Positions 52,604 to 64,000 of a stretch of DNA of 64,000 bases are shown one piece after another. The first letter of the stretch is position 1, and each line of letters begins with the position of its first letter. This DNA comes from Basidiobolus meristosporus CBS 931.73. Taxonomy: Eukaryota; Fungi; Basidiobolomycota. A program made the position numbers and the translations under genes. The DNA lies in the NCBI GenBank assembly GCA_002104905.1, contig MCFE01000216.1, positions 1-64,000 of the forward strand, written 5' to 3'. The notes beneath the pieces were generated by a model. It made no database searches, had not been told where the DNA came from, and saw nothing but the letters and a program-made list of their open reading frames with translations.

Positions 52604-53515
52604 ATGCCCGCCAACAAGACTATTGCTATCATCGGATGTGGTGCCGTCGGTGCTTCTTGCGCTTCCTCCATCATTCTCCGCAATGTTTCCTGCGAGTTGT
52701 TGATGGTCGACATCAACCAGAAGGTTGCTGAGGGACAAGCCCTTGATTTGTCCGATTCCCAATTCCTTTCCTCCACCAAGGTCAGAGTTGGTACCTACCA
52801 AGAAGCCGGTCAAGCCGACATCATCGTGATCACTGCTGGTGCTGGTCAGCGCCCAGGCGAGACTCGTCTCCAATTGATTGCCAAGAACTTCAACATCCTC
52901 AACAGTGTGATCACCAGCATGGCTCCCATCAAGCCCACTGCCAAGATCATGCTTGTTGCCAACCCCGTCGATGTCCTCACCCACATTGCCCAGAAGATCT
53001 CTGGCCTCCCCAAGAACCAAGTGTTCGGATCCGGAACCTTCCTTGACTCTGGACGTCTTCGTCTCAAGCTCTCCGAGATCCTCGGTGTGAGCGAGCCCGC
53101 CATCCACTGCTACGCCATGGGTGAGCACGGTGATCACCAATTCGTTGGATGGTCCTCTGCTATGGTTGGTGGTGTCCCTCTCCTCGACTACCCTCAAATG
53201 CAAGGAGTCGACCTTGACAAACTCCAATATGAGGTGTCCCGCAAGGCCTACGAAATCATCGATCGTAAGGGAGCCACCTACTATGGTATCGGTGCCTGTG
53301 TCGCCTCTCTCTGTGACACTGTCCTCAACGATCGTCGTGATATCCGCCCCATCTCCTGCTACAACGAGCAATATGACTCCTATGTGTCCATGCCAGCCAT
53401 TGTTGGAGCCAACGGAGTCGAGGCCCCCATCAAGATTCAGCTCAACGAGGCTGAACAAAAGAAGATGGAGAGAGCTGTTGACGCCATGAAGGCTGTCCTT
53501 GCTGAATGCAACTAA
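52604..53515 (+). CDS. ldh: L-lactate dehydrogenase, copy 4 (subtype I)
   Basis: 912 nt intact. Confidence 0.97.
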   Translation: MPANKTIAIIGCGAVGASCASSIILRNVSCELLMVDINQKVAEGQALDLSDSQFLSSTKVRVGTYQEAGQADIIVITAGAGQRPGETRLQLIAKNFNILNSVITSMAPIKPTAKIMLVANPVDVLTHIAQKISGLPKNQVFGSGTFLDSGRLRLKLSEILGVSEPAIHCYAMGEHGDHQFVGWSSAMVGGVPLLDYPQMQGVDLDKLQYEVSRKAYEIIDRKGATYYGIGACVASLCDTVLNDRRDIRPISCYNEQYDSYVSMPAIVGANGVEAPIKIQLNEAEQKKMERAVDAMKAVLAECN

Positions 53516-54393
53516 ATGCTCTACCAGGCTAGTTACTGGGGATTCCGCAATATTCTAATGGGTTAATTTTCTCAATGCACATGAGTACTAACCCATATAT
53601 ATATATATATATACATAAACATATAAATACATATTAATTCAAGATATAGCTTGGTGCATAAGCCGTCTAAATAAATGTTTAAACCAAATTGTTAGCTTAC
53701 GATTAGATCCCAATATGTGGGATGTTGTATATTTTGCGATTTATATTTTAACCGCGTGCCAAAGAATATGTTGATACGACAATTAAAAACATAGTGGAAT
53801 ATTGTTTTAATTAGGTTCAAAGATGATACTTTTATGATAGTTTTCTAGACGTCGACCTGCTCAGGAGTATCTGTGCAACAAGTGCAATTTAAGGACCTGT
53901 GATAATACTACATTAACCATAATTGTTAGCTTATAACAAGCCAGTCGACATCAGCGTAAAACCTTCGTCCGCGCGTATTTCTAGTGTGGGATTCTTTACT
54001 TGGAGGTGTTTGTACATAAAGTTGGTTCTGTGAATCTATTTGTGAACATTAGATAAGTGGGACTAGGAAAAAACCAAATATGTTCTCACACTGGAGTCAA
54101 AATCTCTTTGAATTCAGGAATCTTGGGAGATTCCAACAACTCCATATCTTTGACTGGCTTTTCTAGGCGAATTTTGCGTCTCATCATGACCAGGTTTTTG
54201 GGAACTGAGGAATCAGGAATCAGGACTTGGTGGCTAGTCTGTTGACACCCTCGTTTATACTTACTTGGTATATATTCGTTTGCTGTGTTTGGCTCTTCCA
54301 TGGTAAAATTGAACGTACTCAAGCGACCGTTTATAGTATTTATAGTAGATGACATAATAATTGCTGAGCAAAAAGTTGATTAATTTATTCAAG

Positions 54394-55660
54394 TCACTTC
54401 CCCTGCTCTGTTGCGTTATGCTTTATAATAAAATCAACTGCTTCACCAAAGTGCTGGAATACTTGATCAGGCTTAGTGTCATACTTCGATTCATCGTGAA
54501 TCTGGTACTTTCCAGTTTTGACTGAACAGGATCAGTACACCGGCACCGGCACATGGGTTTATTGCTTAATAGTGTTCTTACCAAGATATCTTATAAGCCC
54601 TAATTCCTCAGCACCACCTACAAAGCATTAGTAATGATGAAATTGGCCAGAAAAGATGTACAATTACCTCCAAGATCTTGACAAACGTCGTCCCCGATCA
54701 TGACTACTTGGCTTGGACTATCGAGGAGGCCCCTAAATTAAGATCAACAATTGTAAGCCCAAGGATTTTGCGATATTATCGAGTCGTGTGTACATGTCAG
54801 ACAGCGCAAGTTCAAAAAACTTTTTCTCTGGCTAGTGAGGCTAGATGTTAGTCATCAGTGCTAAGCAAACCAACATCGGAATTATTAGCATACTTTTCCA
54901 ACGGTCTGAGCTTTAGCACCTGTGGCATATTCAATACATTGAACAAACCCACCGGGTCCTAAAGAAAGCCCATCTTTCTCGGCGAAATAGCGAGCTTTAT
55001 GGATGGCAATTAGGGGGGCGCCACCCATAACAAGCCGAAAAGCTTGGTTTAACTATGGAGCGAAATCAGTGAGCTGAGCTCGGCAATGGAATTCAGGTAT
55101 CGTTACTTTGCTATACTCGAAAGAAGAAGGGGATAAACCAACTACTACGGCGTTGTAAGGTTCATCTTGAGGCAAATCTGAAAATTCGTTGAGAGCATCT
55201 TTTTCTAGCAATAATAGTGGCCTATTTTGGTATCCTAGTATTACTCTCGTTGTGCTTGTAATACACACATGTCCAAGCCATAAAAAAAGGGCTACCGCAG
55301 ATTTTGAGCTTTGACCAGATTTTTCGCCGCACTCAACGAAGTGAAAACCTAGAGTTGTCATAATATTACAAGAAGTACGAAAGGAAATATATGTGTAGCA
55401 TTTACTTGTTCAGTCGAAACATCAAAGCCCATTTGATTGAGTTTACGAATTAAAGAGCCTCGACTCTCTTTCGTCGTGTTTGTACAAAAACGAAACTAGG
55501 TACTGTTAGATCTTTGTTAAGGAAGAAGTCTCATAAAATAGTATACCTGAATCCCGCTTTGGTACAGTTTTTTCAAACCCAGGACTGCTCCATCAATGGC
55601 TTTATTGTCAACATGTAATGTGCCGCTGAGGTCAATCAAAACGCCCTTTATGCTGTTCAT
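54394..55660 (-). CDS. HDHD2: HAD-superfamily phosphatase, HDHD2/LHPP type (intron-rich)
   Basis: Spliced reading [56 protein letters not shown]. Confidence 0.88.
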
Positions 55661-55876
55661 AGCTGAGGTTTATGTGACCAGCTTTACCTGACAAGACAGC
55701 TTCTATAGATAGTGGATAAGATGACAGATATCATATGAACGTTAGTTAAATTATGCAAATTTTTATTTATAATTAGTATCCATTCGATATATGAGATTTC
55801 GGCCAAAACGATTTCCAGTTGATTGAATCTAGTTTTGCGTGAGAGATTGATACCACTATTTACAATTAATTCCAGC

Positions 55877-56788
55877 TTAATCGCACTTTGATAGAACGGA
55901 TTTCATGGCTTCAACAGCATTTTCCATCTTCTTTGTTTCACTTTCGTTGAGTTGAACGTTGATGATATCCTCGACACCATTCGACCCAACAACAGCAGGC
56001 ATTGACACGTATGCGTCGTATTTGTCGCTATAACATGAGATAGGACGAATGTCACGACGATTGTGGAGGATGGTATCACAAAGGGAAGCAACACAGGCAC
56101 CGATACCATAGTAGGTAGCTCCCTTGCGCTCGATAATCTCATAGGCCTTGCGGGATACTCCATGAGAGAGTGCGTCGAGGTCGACTCCCTTCATCTGAGG
56201 ATAGTCAAGGAGTGGAACGCCACCTACATGAGCAGAAGACCAGGCAACGAATTGATGATCTCCGTGCTCACCCATGGCGTAGCAGTGGATGGCTGGCTCG
56301 CTGACCCCGAGGATCTTTGAGAGCTCAAGACGAAGGCGGCCAGAGTCAAGGAAGGTTCCGGATCCGAACACTTGAGTCTTGGGTAAGCCGGAAATCTTCT
56401 GGGCAATGTGGGTGAGGACATCGACAGGGTTGGCAACAAGCATGATCTTGGCAGTGGGCTTGATGGGGGCCATGCTGCCGATCACACTGTTGAGAATATT
56501 GTAGTTCTTGGCAATCAATTGGAGACGGGTCTCGCCAGGGCGTTGGTTGGCACCAGCAGTGATCACGATGATGTCGGCTTGACCGGCCTCTTGGTAGGTA
56601 CCAACTCTGACCTTGGCAGATGAAAGGAATTGAGAGTCGGCCAAATCGAGAGCTTGACCCTCGGCTACTTGTTGGTTGATGTCGACCATTAATAACTCGC
56701 AAGAAATGTTACGAAGAATAATGGAGGAAGCACAAGAGGCTCCGACAGCACCGCATCCGATGATAGCAATAGTCTTATCAGCTGGCAT
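55877..56788 (-). CDS. ldh: L-lactate dehydrogenase, copy 5 (subtype II, most divergent copy)
   Basis: 912 nt; GANQRPGETRL, ELSKIL, DALSHGVSRKAY. Confidence 0.97.
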   Translation of the reverse strand: MPADKTIAIIGCGAVGASCASSIILRNISCELLMVDINQQVAEGQALDLADSQFLSSAKVRVGTYQEAGQADIIVITAGANQRPGETRLQLIAKNYNILNSVIGSMAPIKPTAKIMLVANPVDVLTHIAQKISGLPKTQVFGSGTFLDSGRLRLELSKILGVSEPAIHCYAMGEHGDHQFVAWSSAHVGGVPLLDYPQMKGVDLDALSHGVSRKAYEIIERKGATYYGIGACVASLCDTILHNRRDIRPISCYSDKYDAYVSMPAVVGSNGVEDIINVQLNESETKKMENAVEAMKSVLSKCD

Positions 56789-57486
56789 ATTGTAAAATGA
56801 AGATTTTTTAGTTTGGAATCCTGATTTCGATGCTCTATATATACGTATTCTCGTCACGTATCCAGTGTGTGTAATAGATTTCGATAGTTCAGGGTGGCAC
56901 CGAATGGGCCGGACCACAGTGTTACTAATAACATACCTTGTAGGTAAATTACTTCTCGACGGCTTTCTCCGCGTATGGTATCCTAGAAAAATGTCAAGGA
57001 AAACTGTTTGTATCACATGAATCGGTATAGAGTGTCATTATCATGTTCCATTTTATTATATGATATGGAGATTGTTATATTCCATGAGTTACAAGATTAA
57101 TAGAAAATTCCAAAGTTTAACGTTAGCGCCTTTGATTGTATCGAATTCATGCAGGTGATGAGCGGATACCGTAATCCTCACGGGCCTAGTCCGTCGTATC
57201 ACATTCCTTAGAAATGGCGGCTAACTAAATCATTAACTCTAAAGAGATACCGTAAATGGAAATATCAATTCCCATTTTTATTATAATTGAATATGCGACA
57301 GTTTAAAATCCGTGTGGATATTCAAATTTAAGTCAGCGTATTTCAATATCATTGTATGGTATATTATATTATCATACTGCTTTTGCGTGTAGTGAGAAAT
57401 TCGGGTTTATTGCAATTTTTATATATAATAACCATCTATGGAAAGGTTAGAGTAAACTGTACAATACTAGATATTTAAGTCACTAT

Positions 57487-58398
57487 TTAGTTGCACTCTG
57501 AAAGAACCGACTTCATTGCTGCAACTGCATTATCCATCTTCTTTTGCTCGGTTTCATTCAGTTGGATGTCAATGATGCTCTCCACTCCATTCGATCCCAC
57601 AACGGCTGGCATAGAGACGTACGAGTCATACTTCTCGTTGTAGCAGGAGATAGGTCGGATATCACGACGATCATGGAGAACAGTGTCACAGAGGGAGGCA
57701 ACACAGGCACCGATGCCATAGTAGGTGGCTCCCTTGCGCTCGATAATCTCATACGCCTTGCGGGATACTCCATGAGAGAGTGCGTCGAGGTCGACTCCCT
57801 TCATCTGAGGATAGTCAAGGAGTGGAACGCCACCGACGCGAGCGGAGGACCAGGCAACGAATTGATGATCTCCGTGCTCACCCATGGCGTAGCAGTGGAT
57901 GGCTGGCTCACTGACCCCGAGGATCTTTGAGAGCTCAAGACGAAGGCGGCCAGAGTCAAGGAAGGTACCAGACCCGAATACTTGGTTCTTGGGAAGGCCA
58001 GAGATCTTCTGGGCGATGTGGGTGAGGACATCGACAGGGTTGGCAACAAGCATGATCTTGGCAGTGGGCTTGATGGGGGCCATGCTGGTGATCACACTGT
58101 TGAGGATGTTGAAGTTCTTGGCAATCAATTGGAGACGGGTCTCGCCTGGGCGTTGATTGGCGCCAGCAGTGATCACGATGATGTCGGCTTGACCGGCTTC
58201 TTGGTAGGTACCAACTCTGACCTTGGTGGAGGAGAGGAATTGAGAGTCGGCCAAATCGAGGGCTTGTCCCTCAGCAACCTTCTGGTTGATGTCGACCATC
58301 AACAACTCGCAGGAAACATTGCGGAGAATGATGGAGGAAGCGCATGAGGCTCCGACAGCACCGCATCCAATGATAGCAATAGTCTTGTTGGCAGGCAT
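57487..58398 (-). CDS. ldh: L-lactate dehydrogenase, copy 6 (subtype II)
   Basis: 912 nt intact. Confidence 0.97.
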   Translation of the reverse strand: MPANKTIAIIGCGAVGASCASSIILRNVSCELLMVDINQKVAEGQALDLADSQFLSSTKVRVGTYQEAGQADIIVITAGANQRPGETRLQLIAKNFNILNSVITSMAPIKPTAKIMLVANPVDVLTHIAQKISGLPKNQVFGSGTFLDSGRLRLELSKILGVSEPAIHCYAMGEHGDHQFVAWSSARVGGVPLLDYPQMKGVDLDALSHGVSRKAYEIIERKGATYYGIGACVASLCDTVLHDRRDIRPISCYNEKYDSYVSMPAVVGSNGVESIIDIQLNETEQKKMDNAVAAMKSVLSECN

Positions 58399-60046
58399 TT
58401 GAGGCAGAAAATTGAGGAATGATGAGGTTGTGCTGATTGCATTATTCTTTATATATGGATGTACAAATCTCTCTCGATACATCTTTTTTCAAGTTTTCAT
58501 CTCGATGGACCCATTGAAAGCCCAGGTTTGGCGAAATAAGTAAATTCCAATTAGGACTGGCGGCTTTACTTGTCAGCATATATTATTGCTTGTACTCATA
58601 ACGATACCATCATTGCACAATCGCTTATCTTGACTACAAAAAAGCACAACATCTCTCCATAAATAGTAAACGATGTTAATACTTTACTGTTATTATATTA
58701 AAAACCTTCTGGCGATTCCACGTTTTGCGCAGGATCGTCAATCTGGTTCTTATTGAGGCTAAATGAACCACAGCTATTGCTGAACAAGTAACTTCCGAGT
58801 TAACATTTCACCCACTTTAAACTAGACAAAGGACAACCACATAAGGTATCGGAAGTCTATCTGATCGATATATTCCTTTAAAAGCAAATTCATAGTCAAC
58901 CAACGAACCTGAAATATTGGTGAACATCACCCCATGATTGGACACATCCGAATCGATCTTAGATTCAAAGCACTAGGTTCGTGGTCTATTACACAATCGA
59001 TCATTCATATCGCCAACTGTCTGATAATGACACATACTTAGGAGGGTGAGTTTGATATGTATGCCGAGGTAATCTAGGCCACGAAGCTCACAATCTAGAG
59101 CGACCTTACAGCTCTTCATGGAATCGACGTTATGCACATCACCGATACTCTTCCTGTTAGATGCTTTTTGATAAACCCCATCCTGATGTTTATTTGCGAT
59201 AGAGTTACTTCGAGAGTTAGAAGTAAAATGGTACCCCACAACTTTATCCATTCGCACTCAGTCCAATCGATTGAATTTTATTCTAGCCGTCTTTAGTCTG
59301 GATCAAGTGAGAACGGTTCGTAGCCCAGAAGCAGGGGAAATTATCTTGTTCTTCAAATACAAATGTCACCTTTTGCATTCCAGCGCAATCAGAAGGCACA
59401 TGCTACTCCGCAGGGCGCTTTTCATCAGAAATTCTGTTACGAGTGTTTTTTTAATTTACGAAGAAATTAGTGCCGACGTGGTCCGAATCCTCCGAGATAA
59501 CCAGACGCTTACTTAAAGGTTGATATTAAATCATCTTTCCTGGATAGGTTAAGACAAGTGACTTGCGATAGTGTTCAGGTACTTGCAGTAGTTGATCTAG
59601 GTGGTGAAATCTCAAGTTTAACGTTTCTAGAAGCACTTGGTGCTGGCAATAATTACCTTATGGAGCATTCTTCGCCTAATTGACATATACCTTTTATAGC
59701 TACACTGCCCTATTATGATGAGTACCGAAATCTAATCTGAATTAGACTATGGATTGAATATTGATTATTTGGTAGATATAGAAAGCTTTGTAGACAATAA
59801 TGCCTTGTACGTCATGGAATCAGTAAGAACAAGTTGAAAACAATCTGTGTTCAGGTACAGAAGTCACGTGATTTTAGGGTTACGATTCCGGGAAGACCGA
59901 AAGACTTCCGTGTTACTGTACTTTGAGCTTGCAAATGTATGCCTGAAAAGAAAATTCCTTTATCTAATCTTTACCCTTCGAAAATATATATAGAGGCAAG
60001 ATCTGTTGCATATTCTTCAGTTTATATATTAAACAATTTCAACAAT

Positions 60047-60958
60047 ATGCCCGCCAACAAGACTATTGCTATCATCGGATGTGGTGCCGTCGGTGCTTCT
60101 TGTGCTTCCTCCATCATTCTCCGCAATGTTTCCTGCGAGTTGTTGATGGTCGACATCAACCAGAAGGTTGCTGAGGGACAAGCCCTCGATTTGGCCGACT
60201 CTCAATTCCTCTCCTCCACGAAGGTCAGAGTTGGTACCTACCAAGAGGCCGGTCAAGCCGACATCATCGTGATCACTGCTGGCGCCAATCAACGCCCAGG
60301 CGAGACCCGTCTCCAATTGATTGCCAAGAACTTCAACATCCTCAACAGTGTGATCACCAGCATGGCCCCCATCAAGCCCACTGCCAAGATCATGCTTGTT
60401 GCCAACCCTGTCGATGTCCTCACCCACATCGCCCAGAAGATCTCTGGCCTTCCCAAGAACCAAGTATTCGGGTCTGGTACCTTCCTTGACTCTGGCCGCC
60501 TTCGTCTTGAGCTCTCAAAGATCCTCGGGGTCAGTGAGCCAGCCATCCACTGCTACGCCATGGGTGAGCACGGAGATCATCAATTCGTTGCCTGGTCCTC
60601 CGCTCGCGTCGGTGGCGTTCCACTCCTTGACTATCCTCAGATGAAGGGAGTCGACCTCGACGCACTCTCTCATGGAGTATCCCGCAAGGCCTATGAGATT
60701 ATCGAGCGCAAGGGAGCTACCTACTATGGTATCGGTGCCTGTGTTGCCTCCCTCTGTGACACTGTTCTCCATGATCGTCGTGATATCCGATCTATCTCCT
60801 GCTACAACGAGAAGTATGACTCGTACGTCTCTATGCCAGCCGTTGTGGGATCGAATGGAGTGGAGAGCATCATTGACATCCAACTGAATGAAACCGAGCA
60901 AAAGAAGATGGATAATGCAGTTGCAGCAATGAAGTCGGTTCTTTCAGAGTGCAACTAG
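60047..60958 (+). CDS. ldh: L-lactate dehydrogenase, copy 7 (subtype II)
   Basis: 912 nt intact; differs from copy 6 by RPI to RSI. Confidence 0.97.
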   Translation: MPANKTIAIIGCGAVGASCASSIILRNVSCELLMVDINQKVAEGQALDLADSQFLSSTKVRVGTYQEAGQADIIVITAGANQRPGETRLQLIAKNFNILNSVITSMAPIKPTAKIMLVANPVDVLTHIAQKISGLPKNQVFGSGTFLDSGRLRLELSKILGVSEPAIHCYAMGEHGDHQFVAWSSARVGGVPLLDYPQMKGVDLDALSHGVSRKAYEIIERKGATYYGIGACVASLCDTVLHDRRDIRSISCYNEKYDSYVSMPAVVGSNGVESIIDIQLNETEQKKMDNAVAAMKSVLSECN

Positions 60959-61673
60959 ATAGTTACCCATACTTTCGTATTATATAATTCAAGTCCTACA
61001 TTTATAGATCTAATAAAACATCATTCAGTTGAATTAAACATTGGAGCCGGACTAAACTCGCAGGAAACACCGCCGATGGGTAAAATATAGGAGCGGGATT
61101 ATAAATAATTCAGTCGATGGAAAATACAAAAATTCCTCTCTGCATGGAAATTCAGCAACTTCCAGAATTCCGTATTATTAGACATGCTTCTGCACGAGAG
61201 GAAATTTAATTCATAAGCCCGCGCGCGCGGATCACTGGCGGCTGTATGGTTTCCTGAAATAATTACAATTAAAATCCATGTACAAGTCAAGCATGTTTGG
61301 TAGGATATTTTGCCTTCAGATTAAGCTGGAACGGGATATTGCAACATGCTCATTATGCATTCTGCTTTATATATGAGGACCATCGTTTTTGATTCTTGTA
61401 ATAGCTGGATTGATTTTACTACAACTTCGACCGACACCACAAGTGTTTGAGGCTTTACTTTATCTATTGACTGTTGGATACCATTATTTTTTGTTTTGGC
61501 TGGCGCCGCTTTCCAAATCTTCACTAGGTTTATGATCTGGTGATATTCCCTCGAAATCATATACAGATAGATTATAGTAGATTTGCGTCAAATCATATAT
61601 ATCATCCAGCATCCCGACATTACCAGCACTTTCAGCCCCTTCCAGTTTTTTCACTTCCTTCCCCACAAAAACC

Positions 61674-63068
61674 ATGAAAATCTCGAAATTGTTCAAAAAT
61701 CCTCTACTACTCCCGTTGTTTATCCAATTAGGCAACAATCTGATAAGCTATGCGTGCGAATGCCCTCTACCTACTCCCAAAACATATACAAGTTATCGAC
61801 GCTCTGGGACGATTGAAATCGATGGCAAGTTGGACGAAGAAGCTTGGGACAGAGCCCCTTGGACAGAAACATTTGGCAATGTCTTTGGAGAGGACGAACA
61901 ATTCCCTCGTCCTCCAGAAAACATTGAAACCAAAGTCAAGGTATCCTCGATATTGATATTCATTACCAACAATCTTAACCGACCATGCTAATCATGTTTA
62001 CACTAGTTGATTTGGGACGATCAATACTTGTATGTAGGTGCATTGTTATTGGATCCAGTGATCAGAGCATTGGAAAATGAAGCAGTATTAGGTGAAGGTG
62101 AGTATTATGACACTCATAACTTTCTGGATAGACTTATTAATTCCAAAGCAGTTTTTGACGACAACACTTTCCAGCTATACTTGGATCATGACAGGACAAA
62201 CCACAATTACAAGGTCATCCAGATGAATCCTAATGGTGTCTATAAATCTTCCATATACAACAAACCTCCTTCCGACGATGGGTATGAAAGTTGGTGGGAT
62301 TTAGGCCCAGACTTCGAATTCAAGATTTACACCCATGGCGAGGTAAATAACAAGGATTGGAAGCCTGTGGAAGACGGATACTGGTCAGTAGAAATGAAGA
62401 TTCCCCTCGATCGACTTTCGGCCAGAGTTTTCGATTCCCTCGGAATAAAAAAAAGAGCCGAAGAAACCTCAGCGATGCCAACATATATGGGGCTCAACTT
62501 TTTAAGGTAAATTATTGAGTCTTTCGCCTGCTTAAACGCTACTAAATAGGGCAACCTCCTTTACAGAACAGGGTTCCCACCTAAAGGAGTAGTGAACATC
62601 CAAGCACAGTCTACTACCGTGCAAAGCACGGTTTCGAGTTTCTTTTTGTTTGGGTTGGGTAACTTCAACACGTTGTTGAAGCGCCATGAAGTTGGGCCCA
62701 AGTACCAAACCTCCTGGTCACCGCTACACTCAAATGATATACATCATCCCGAACTTTGGGGACAAGTAATGTTCCGGAACACAACGAACACCTACAAGCC
62801 ATTTGTCCCGGATCAAAGTTATCCAACAAGATTTGCCCTGATGCAGATATACTACGGAGAAAAAGCATATGCCGCGACACACGACGGAGTGTACACAGAA
62901 AACTACCAGGATTTGGATATTGATGTGCAGCTAGTCGAGGATTGCATTGGGCCGCTTAAAATTCGAACATCGGATGACGGTGTCTCATACGAGGCATCTA
63001 TTAGATACCGAAAGCAAACAGGACATATACGAGAGGATAGATATCTCCATTTTACTGATAACCACTAA
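61674..63068 (+). CDS. Secreted carbohydrate-binding family 9-like protein, paralog 2 (three introns)
   Basis: IDGKLDEEAW..PWT..TKVK..WDDQYLY..FDDN..WSPL..HPELWG..IYYGEKAY; colinear with paralog 1. Confidence 0.8.
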
Positions 63069-63435
63069 TCTTGAGGATCCACCCGTTTTCTTGACAAAAA
63101 TGCCTCTGTATTCATAGCTTAAACATTCTATCAGCATCCGGTCCGTATCCATGTGTGCTCAACGAGTATTGTTATGACCTGAAGTCGTAGCATACTGCTT
63201 TATTAACTCATTTCAAAAACTGAATATCCGATAAAATATCGCAGGCATTCCATGTCCCAACCACTTTTACTTTTAATTATACTTCTGGCCATTCAACTAG
63301 CGACTAATTGTGAATGCATTGTGTTAATGCTAAGCAGCTTTTGTGTAATAAATACTTGATGTAGTAGATATTGCTTTATTTTAATTTTACATGTATTGTA
63401 ATTACAAAACCTAGGAAACATAATATTCATATAAA

Positions 63436-64000
63436 TTACTCAAACATTGGTCCTTCTTTGAGTTCAAAGGTGAATTTGAATTGGTCGTTTTCTACTCCAA
63501 TATGAACAATCGCATGTTCCAGAAGTTGGCCGGAGAGCAGAGCACGGCTCAATTGTGTCACTAGATGCTTCTCAAGGAATCTACGCACTGGTCGAGCTCC
63601 ATACGTGGGGTCGTACGAGAGTCGGAGTACAAGGTCCGACGCTGCATCCGACATCACCAGATCTATGTCCTTGTCCACCAAACGCTTCGCAATGCGCTCC
63701 ACTTGGATCTTCACAATGTCACGTAGGTTGTCCTGTGACAGCGGCGAGAAGACGATGATGTCATCCAGTCGATTCAACAACTCTGGTCGGAAGTGTCCCT
63801 TCACCTGGTTCATCACAAGCTGCTTCGTTCCCTCGTCCAGCACGCCTGCATTCTCCGGATTCCCGAGTGTGTTCAGGATCAGCTCTTGACCGACATTCGA
63901 GGTGAGAATGATCACCGTGTTGCTGAAGTCCACCACCCTTCCTTGCCCATCAGTCAACCGGGCGTCATCCAACACCTCCAACAGCACATTCAGAACTTGT
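63436..64000 (-). CDS. ClpB/Hsp104-family AAA+ disaggregase, C-terminal part (gene continues beyond the window)
   Basis: LDDARLTDGQGRVVDFSNTVIILTSN, FRPELLNRLDDII and YGARP motifs. Confidence 0.93.
   Translation of the reverse strand, partial: QVLNVLLEVLDDARLTDGQGRVVDFSNTVIILTSNVGQELILNTLGNPENAGVLDEGTKQLVMNQVKGHFRPELLNRLDDIIVFSPLSQDNLRDIVKIQVERIAKRLVDKDIDLVMSDAASDLVLRLSYDPTYGARPVRRFLEKHLVTQLSRALLSGQLLEHAIVHIGVENDQFKFTFELKEGPMFE

Noticed and set aside
47041-53458. Long antisense ORFs (up to 314-326 aa) overlapping LDH copies 1, 3 and 4
   Set aside because: They are in codon register with LDH and are expected when a biased gene avoids TTA/CTA/TCA; they are fragmented in subtype II copies and show no recognisable motifs.
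53595-53615. Short (TA)n runs downstream of LDH copies and a (CACGCAC)n run near 43811
   Set aside because: Ordinary low-complexity or 3'-end AT-rich sequence.
58973-59257. ORF with VALDCE resembling a DEDD exonuclease motif I
   Set aside because: Only one short motif, no downstream exonuclease motifs, and surrounding frames are closed.
46984-60958. N-terminal extensions of the LDH ORFs in the track (331-379 aa)
   Set aside because: They start at upstream near-cognate codons, run through TATA boxes and are not conserved; all copies share the same ATG (MPA[N/D]K).
46984-60958. Recent bacterial horizontal transfer of the intronless LDH
   Set aside because: The protein resembles fungal Rhizopus-type LDH and its codon usage matches neighbouring genes such as TDH; lack of introns alone is insufficient. 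A phylogeny would be needed.

Overview
Eukaryotic DNA, most likely from an early-diverging fungus (inferred from short GT-AG introns, a Rhizopus-type LDH and fungal Cep57/Ase1 motifs), split into two very different halves. Bases 1 to ~30.7 kb are a CpG-depleted nest of decayed transposons. They include two Ty1/copia families (one near-complete copy at 22108-26673 with a GTAAG target-site duplication), En/Spm (CACTA) Tnp2 relics, an unclassified LTR-like repeat, and a tandem pair of PIF/Harbinger-type elements (DDE transposase plus a divergent Myb/SANT-like ORF) inserted into a copia LTR. Bases ~31.7-64 kb are gene-dense and CpG-rich: a ZIP9/ATX2-type transporter, MPC1 (with a 4-nt micro-exon), a Cep57-family protein, Ase1/PRC1, two secreted bacterial-like CBM9-type proteins, threonine 3-dehydrogenase, HDHD2 and the 3' end of a ClpB/Hsp104 gene. 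The most striking feature is an array of seven intronless L-lactate dehydrogenase genes in two sequence subtypes, arranged as divergent pairs and showing signs of patchy gene conversion. All comparisons were made by eye; nothing was database-searched.
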